The position numbers were made by a program, and so were the translations under genes. Under the pieces are notes generated by a model. The model did no database searches and was not told the DNA's origin. It saw nothing but the letters and a program-made list of their open reading frames with translations. From NCBI GenBank assembly GCA_965205865.1, contig CBDBHR010000029.1, positions 512,001 to 576,000 of the forward strand: DNA of 64,000 nucleotides, written 5' to 3'. Shown here piece after piece: positions 59,855 through 64,000 of this stretch (position 1 is its first letter; every line of letters begins with the position of its first letter). This DNA comes from a bacterium. GTDB lineage: Bacteria > SAR324 > NAC60-12.

Positions 59855-60991
59855 ATGGGCGATTTTTTCCCGGAATATTACACATTTTACTATGTTGGGG
59901 TGACCTTGTTTGCACTGGCAGGGTTGTTCCTCATCGTCAAATTCTTGTTTTTCAGCAAACCCTTCAAATCCAAGGAACCGCAGATTGCATTCAAAAAACT
60001 GAACAATCGTTTTGAAAAAGATCTGCGCAAATTGGAAAAACTGGCCTATGAGCAGCCCCCTCTTCCCAAAGCCGCTCTGAAATTGCTCAGAAAAAACAAA
60101 AAGCGAGAAAAAAAGGCAGAATCGCTTCGCAAAAAAAACCAAGCCAGTACCACTCTCCAAAAAGTCAGGGAGCAACTCGCTGCCCAAATGAAAGTTTCTG
60201 AAATCTTCAATACCCACGCTGCCAAAGTGTATGTGCTTGACTTTGTCGGTGATATCATGGCCCACGCCACCGATCATTTCCGGGAAGAGGTTTCTTTATT
60301 GCTTCAGGTAGCCAGTCCCGCCGATGAAGTGGTGGTCCGTTTGAGTAGTCCTGGTGGTGCGGTCGCCCATTACGGATTGGCCAGTGCCCAATTGACTCGT
60401 CTCAAAAATGCGGGTATGAAAGTGACGATATGCGTCGATGTCATTGCTGCCAGCGGCGGTTATATGATGGCGGCGGTTGCTGATAAAATCGTGGCATCTC
60501 CCTTTGCGTTCATCGGCTCCATCGGCGTCGTCGCCGGAATTCCTAATTTTCACAAAGTCCTGCAAAAACACGATGTCGATTACTATCTCTTCACCTCAGG
60601 GAAATACAAACGCACCGTCACCCCGTTTTATCAAGTCACCGAAGACGACAAACGAAAATTTCAGGAAAATATCGAAGAGATTCACCAGGCCTTCAAAGAA
60701 CACGTCGCCCACAATCGCCAAAGTCTGGACATCGAGGACGTGGCCACCGGAGACTACTGGTTGGCCACACAAGCCAAAGAACGAGGATTGGTCGATGAAA
60801 TCATGACCAGTGACGAATATTTGTCATCCAAAATGAAAGATTTCGACGTGATCGAAATCAAAACACTCGACCACCGCCATCGGCTCGAACAGTTTTTCCA
60901 GCGAAACATGGACGCGCTGAAGGGATGGCTGCAGGTTTATTTCACTGACGAAAGAAGCCCGGTTAACGATGCGCACACCTTGTATCATTAA
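59855..60991 (+). CDS. sohB: S49 peptidase SohB
   Basis: LSSPGGAVAHYGLAS, AASGGYMMA, GSIGV, GKYKRT. Confidence 0.92.
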   Translation: MGDFFPEYYTFYYVGVTLFALAGLFLIVKFLFFSKPFKSKEPQIAFKKLNNRFEKDLRKLEKLAYEQPPLPKAALKLLRKNKKREKKAESLRKKNQASTTLQKVREQLAAQMKVSEIFNTHAAKVYVLDFVGDIMAHATDHFREEVSLLLQVASPADEVVVRLSSPGGAVAHYGLASAQLTRLKNAGMKVTICVDVIAASGGYMMAAVADKIVASPFAFIGSIGVVAGIPNFHKVLQKHDVDYYLFTSGKYKRTVTPFYQVTEDDKRKFQENIEEIHQAFKEHVAHNRQSLDIEDVATGDYWLATQAKERGLVDEIMTSDEYLSSKMKDFDVIEIKTLDHRHRLEQFFQRNMDALKGWLQVYFTDERSPVNDAHTLYH

Positions 60992-61115
60992 AATATCAGA
61001 AAACCCCCGTAGTTGTTCCGCAATCCATCCACTCTCCCGGGAGTCTATGGGTGTCTCATGCAAAATATGAAGAGTCCGGCAGGCACCATTCGGTAAGGCG
61101 GTCCGGCATCTTGTT

Positions 61116-61862
61116 TCATGAACCCTCCAGTAAGCGGGTGATTTCCCGGGAGGTCAGTAAGCGTGACATTCCTGGTTGCAATCCTTCCAATGTGATACTG
61201 CCAATGCTGTAGCGTTTGATCCTCAAGACCCGGTAGCCCACGCTCTGAAACATTTTTTTTATTTGTCGATTTTTGCCTTCCTGCAAAGAAACCTCCAGCC
61301 ATGATTTATCATTGACCCAGTGAATCATTTTCACCCGGATTGGCAAATGCTGTCTACCTTGCAAGCGTGGACCCTTTCTGAGCCCTGTCAATTCCGAGTC
61401 GGCAATCTTTCCTTTCAATTTGACGAAGTAGGTTTTCCAAAGTTTATATTTCGGATGGATTGCCTGTTCTGCAAAGTCACCATCGTTGGTAATCAGCAAT
61501 AGCCCTTCGGCATCATAGTCTAAGCGTCCTACGGGAAAGAGCGCGTGTCCGGATTGAGGAAAATATTCTTTGACTGTGGAACGCCCTTCCGGATCGTTTA
61601 AAGTGGTGACGCAATTCCTGGGTTTGTAAATGGCATAGACGACTCTTTCCCGGTTCAGCCACCGCACCGGTTTACCCTCGACGGTTAGCCGATCGTTATT
61701 CACCTTCATACGCTGTCCCAGGGTCGCTGGCAAACCATTGAGCTTGACTTTTCCGGCAGAAATCAGCTCTTCGGCGGCTCTTCTGGAAGCAATACCCGCT
61801 TTTGCTATGACTTTTTGGATACGGATTCCCTGCACTTTCTCAGGATTTGACATCTGGCTCAC
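61116..61862 (-). CDS. RsuA/RluB-family pseudouridine synthase
   Basis: S4 domain SRRAAEELI; VGRLDYDAEGLLL; EGKNRQIK. Confidence 0.93.
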   Translation of the reverse strand: MSQMSNPEKVQGIRIQKVIAKAGIASRRAAEELISAGKVKLNGLPATLGQRMKVNNDRLTVEGKPVRWLNRERVVYAIYKPRNCVTTLNDPEGRSTVKEYFPQSGHALFPVGRLDYDAEGLLLITNDGDFAEQAIHPKYKLWKTYFVKLKGKIADSELTGLRKGPRLQGRQHLPIRVKMIHWVNDKSWLEVSLQEGKNRQIKKMFQSVGYRVLRIKRYSIGSITLEGLQPGMSRLLTSREITRLLEGS

Positions 61863-62594
61863 TTACCCCTCGGTTTCATCTGCTATCCGGTACTCTTCAG
61901 CAGCCAGCAATGCTGAGAGCGCTTCCCTGGCAGCGAGTTGCTCGGCCCGTTTTTTGCTGCTTCCCCTGCCACGTCCAAATTCCTTTTCGTCGATCATGGC
62001 AACCACTTCAAACTCCTTCTGATGTTCCGGACCGAAAGTATTGTGGAGTTGGTAAATGACAATTGCTTGAAATTTTTTCTGCGCATATTCTTGCAATTCC
62101 GATTTGGAATCATGGGAGGGGCAGGAATCTACCGCAACAGGGATTTCCTGTTCGAAAAGGTGATAAACCACCTTTTTTACCGGTAACAAACCCTCTTGGC
62201 GCGCATCCGTATAAATGGCGGCGATAAGGGCTTCCAATGAACTGGAAAGTATGGAATTTTTCTGACGTCCTGCCGTCAGCTCTTCCCCCCTTCCCAACAA
62301 TAAGTAGGCGCCTAGATCAATAGATTGGGCAATTTTGCTCAAACCTGTTTCGCTGACGAGATTGGCGCGCAGTTTCGTCAATCCTCCTTCTGAAAGGCCC
62401 GGGAACCGTGCCATCAGCAAATCACTGATCACCAAATCCAGAACCGCGTCCCCTAAAAATTCGAGCCGTTCATTGTCCTTCTCCCCTTCTATGGATTGCT
62501 CGTTGACATAGGATTTATGCGTACATGCCTGACGCAGCAAGTGGGGGTTCTTGAAAGAATAACCAATTTTTTTGCATAGCGGTTCAAAATTCAT
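61863..62594 (-). CDS. rnc: ribonuclease III
   Basis: NERLEFLGDAVL and C-terminal dsRBD. Confidence 0.97.
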   Translation of the reverse strand: MNFEPLCKKIGYSFKNPHLLRQACTHKSYVNEQSIEGEKDNERLEFLGDAVLDLVISDLLMARFPGLSEGGLTKLRANLVSETGLSKIAQSIDLGAYLLLGRGEELTAGRQKNSILSSSLEALIAAIYTDARQEGLLPVKKVVYHLFEQEIPVAVDSCPSHDSKSELQEYAQKKFQAIVIYQLHNTFGPEHQKEFEVVAMIDEKEFGRGRGSSKKRAEQLAAREALSALLAAEEYRIADETEG

Positions 62595-62844
62595 GGCAGG
62601 TGATAGCCTTGTAAAATAGTATTTTTTTCGAGTTCCTCGTTTGCGCCAATGCTTCCTGGTTTGGATAGTGGGACGAGACCGTTTATTGAATGCTGCGAGG
62701 AGTCCTTGTTTTTTGGAATTTAAAATTGTTATAAAATATTGAGATTGTGGAATAAATGCATTAATTTCCTGAGATGGGTCCCTGGAAGAGGAGCCGCCGC
62801 CGACCCCTCAACTGATTCAATTTAATATCTTATCTGAAGAAGAG

Positions 62845-63615
62845 ATGACAAGTTTTATTGATACGCATTGCCATTTGGAAATGCTGGGTCTGCCGGTGCA
62901 AGATATCGTGGCACTCGCCGGGCAGGTGGGAGTCCATCGCATTGTCACGATTGCAACCGATGAAGCGTCCATACGCTTTGTCCTGCAAACCGTTGAACGG
63001 TATCCACAAATATACGGCAGTCTCGGCTTCCACCCCCATGAAGCTTCGACGTATACGGAAGCCATTGCCCGGCAAATTCTTGATCGGGCAGGCAATTCCG
63101 CCAAAATTATTGCCGTGGGAGAAACGGGGTTGGATTATCACTACATGCACTCGGGGAAAAAAATACAGCAGACCGTCTTTGCCCAACAACTGGTGCTGGC
63201 GGAGCAACTGCAATTGCCTGTTATTCTGCATAGTCGGGAAGCCCGGGAAGATACCCTGGACATCCTGAAAGCAAACCCGCTAACCCGCAAAGGTGTGGCC
63301 CATAGTTTTACCAGTGGTTTGCGGATGGCCAAGGATTTACTGGAAATGGATTGGTATATCGGCATCAACGGGATCACGACCTTTCGCAATGCGGAAGAGG
63401 TGCGAGAGGTGATGCGCTACGTCCCGCTGGATCGACTATTATTGGAAACCGATGCCCCTTTTTTGACGCCGATTCCATTTCGGGGCAAACCAAATGATCC
63501 TTCCAAAATCCCACTAATTGCGGAATTCATTGCCATTGCTCGGAACATTTCTTTGCAGTCCGTGGCTGCTCAGACAACGGAAAATGCGACCCGACTCTTT
63601 CAACTTCCTTCGTGA
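62845..63615 (+). CDS. tatD: TatD-family hydrolase
   Basis: DTHCHL, GETGLDY, HSR, HSFT, LETDAPF. Confidence 0.93.
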   Translation: MTSFIDTHCHLEMLGLPVQDIVALAGQVGVHRIVTIATDEASIRFVLQTVERYPQIYGSLGFHPHEASTYTEAIARQILDRAGNSAKIIAVGETGLDYHYMHSGKKIQQTVFAQQLVLAEQLQLPVILHSREAREDTLDILKANPLTRKGVAHSFTSGLRMAKDLLEMDWYIGINGITTFRNAEEVREVMRYVPLDRLLLETDAPFLTPIPFRGKPNDPSKIPLIAEFIAIARNISLQSVAAQTTENATRLFQLPS

Positions 63616-63616
63616 C

Positions 63617-64000
63617 TTACAGAATCAGGCGCTGTTCCGCCTCTTTCAATTTGTCCTCCACCCCGAATATTTCCACTTGATCCCCTGTTTGCAGCAAGGT
63701 ATCGCCTTGAGGCATGATCACTTTTCCATCTCGTTGGATGCTCGTCAGGATACACTCGAGCGGTAATTTCAAGTTCCGAACTGCTTCTCCGGCGCAGGCG
63801 GCGCCGGAGGGAATGATCACTTCCCGGTATCGTACGTGTCTTTGAGCTTCTTTGAGCTTGGAATCTCCCTTTTTTTGGGGTTGGCCCGTCAGATATTCAC
63901 GCACCATGGGCACGCGGATTTCCTTACAGAATACAATCACCTGATCTCCTTCTTGCAGTAAGGTGTATCCGTTGACCACCCGGATCTTACGACCCCGGCG
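63617..64000 (-). CDS. TrkA-C (RCK-C) domain protein, C-terminal part; gene begins beyond window
   Basis: Two repeats: GYTLLQEGDQVIVF and PQGDTLLQTGDQVEIFG. Confidence 0.75.
   Translation of the reverse strand, partial: RRGRKIRVVNGYTLLQEGDQVIVFCKEIRVPMVREYLTGQPQKKGDSKLKEAQRHVRYREVIIPSGAACAGEAVRNLKLPLECILTSIQRDGKVIMPQGDTLLQTGDQVEIFGVEDKLKEAEQRLIL

Overview
This is a 64 kb bacterial chromosomal window. The backbone looks deltaproteobacterial, possibly SAR324-like (inferred from gene style only). It has two housekeeping blocks: about 21.6-39.8 kb (ybeY, recQ, lpdA/sucB/sucA, a MotA/TolQ/ExbB trio, IMP cyclohydrolase, HDAC, MoxR/DUF58, trpD, OmpA/MotB) and about 50.2-64 kb (acyl-CoA ligase, SDR, 5'-nucleotidase, prc, YggT/IscA/Grx4-rhodanese/ferredoxin, sohB, RluB-like, rnc, TatD). 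Between them lie two heavily rearranged accessory zones, 1-21.5 kb and 40-50.1 kb. These zones contain: three copies of an AraD1/FAH-family gene (intact, nonsense, deleted); three toxin-antitoxin pairs; degenerate integron attC-like sites flanking a TA pair and an unknown two-gene cassette; a GC-rich foreign island with a YhaO/YhaN (Mre11/Rad50-like) pair whose ATPase has mirror-symmetric coiled-coil duplications around a membrane hairpin; two paralogous ATPase-less peptide-ABC operons sharing a repeat-rich upstream region and a duplicated leader peptide; and many short abutting fragments of different mobile elements (ISNCY, IS701, IS630, IS110, IS91, IS5, IS66, IS1380, IS200/RAYT, group II intron). 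No CRISPR array, rRNA or tRNA was recognised. All family calls come from motif recognition by eye, not database searches.
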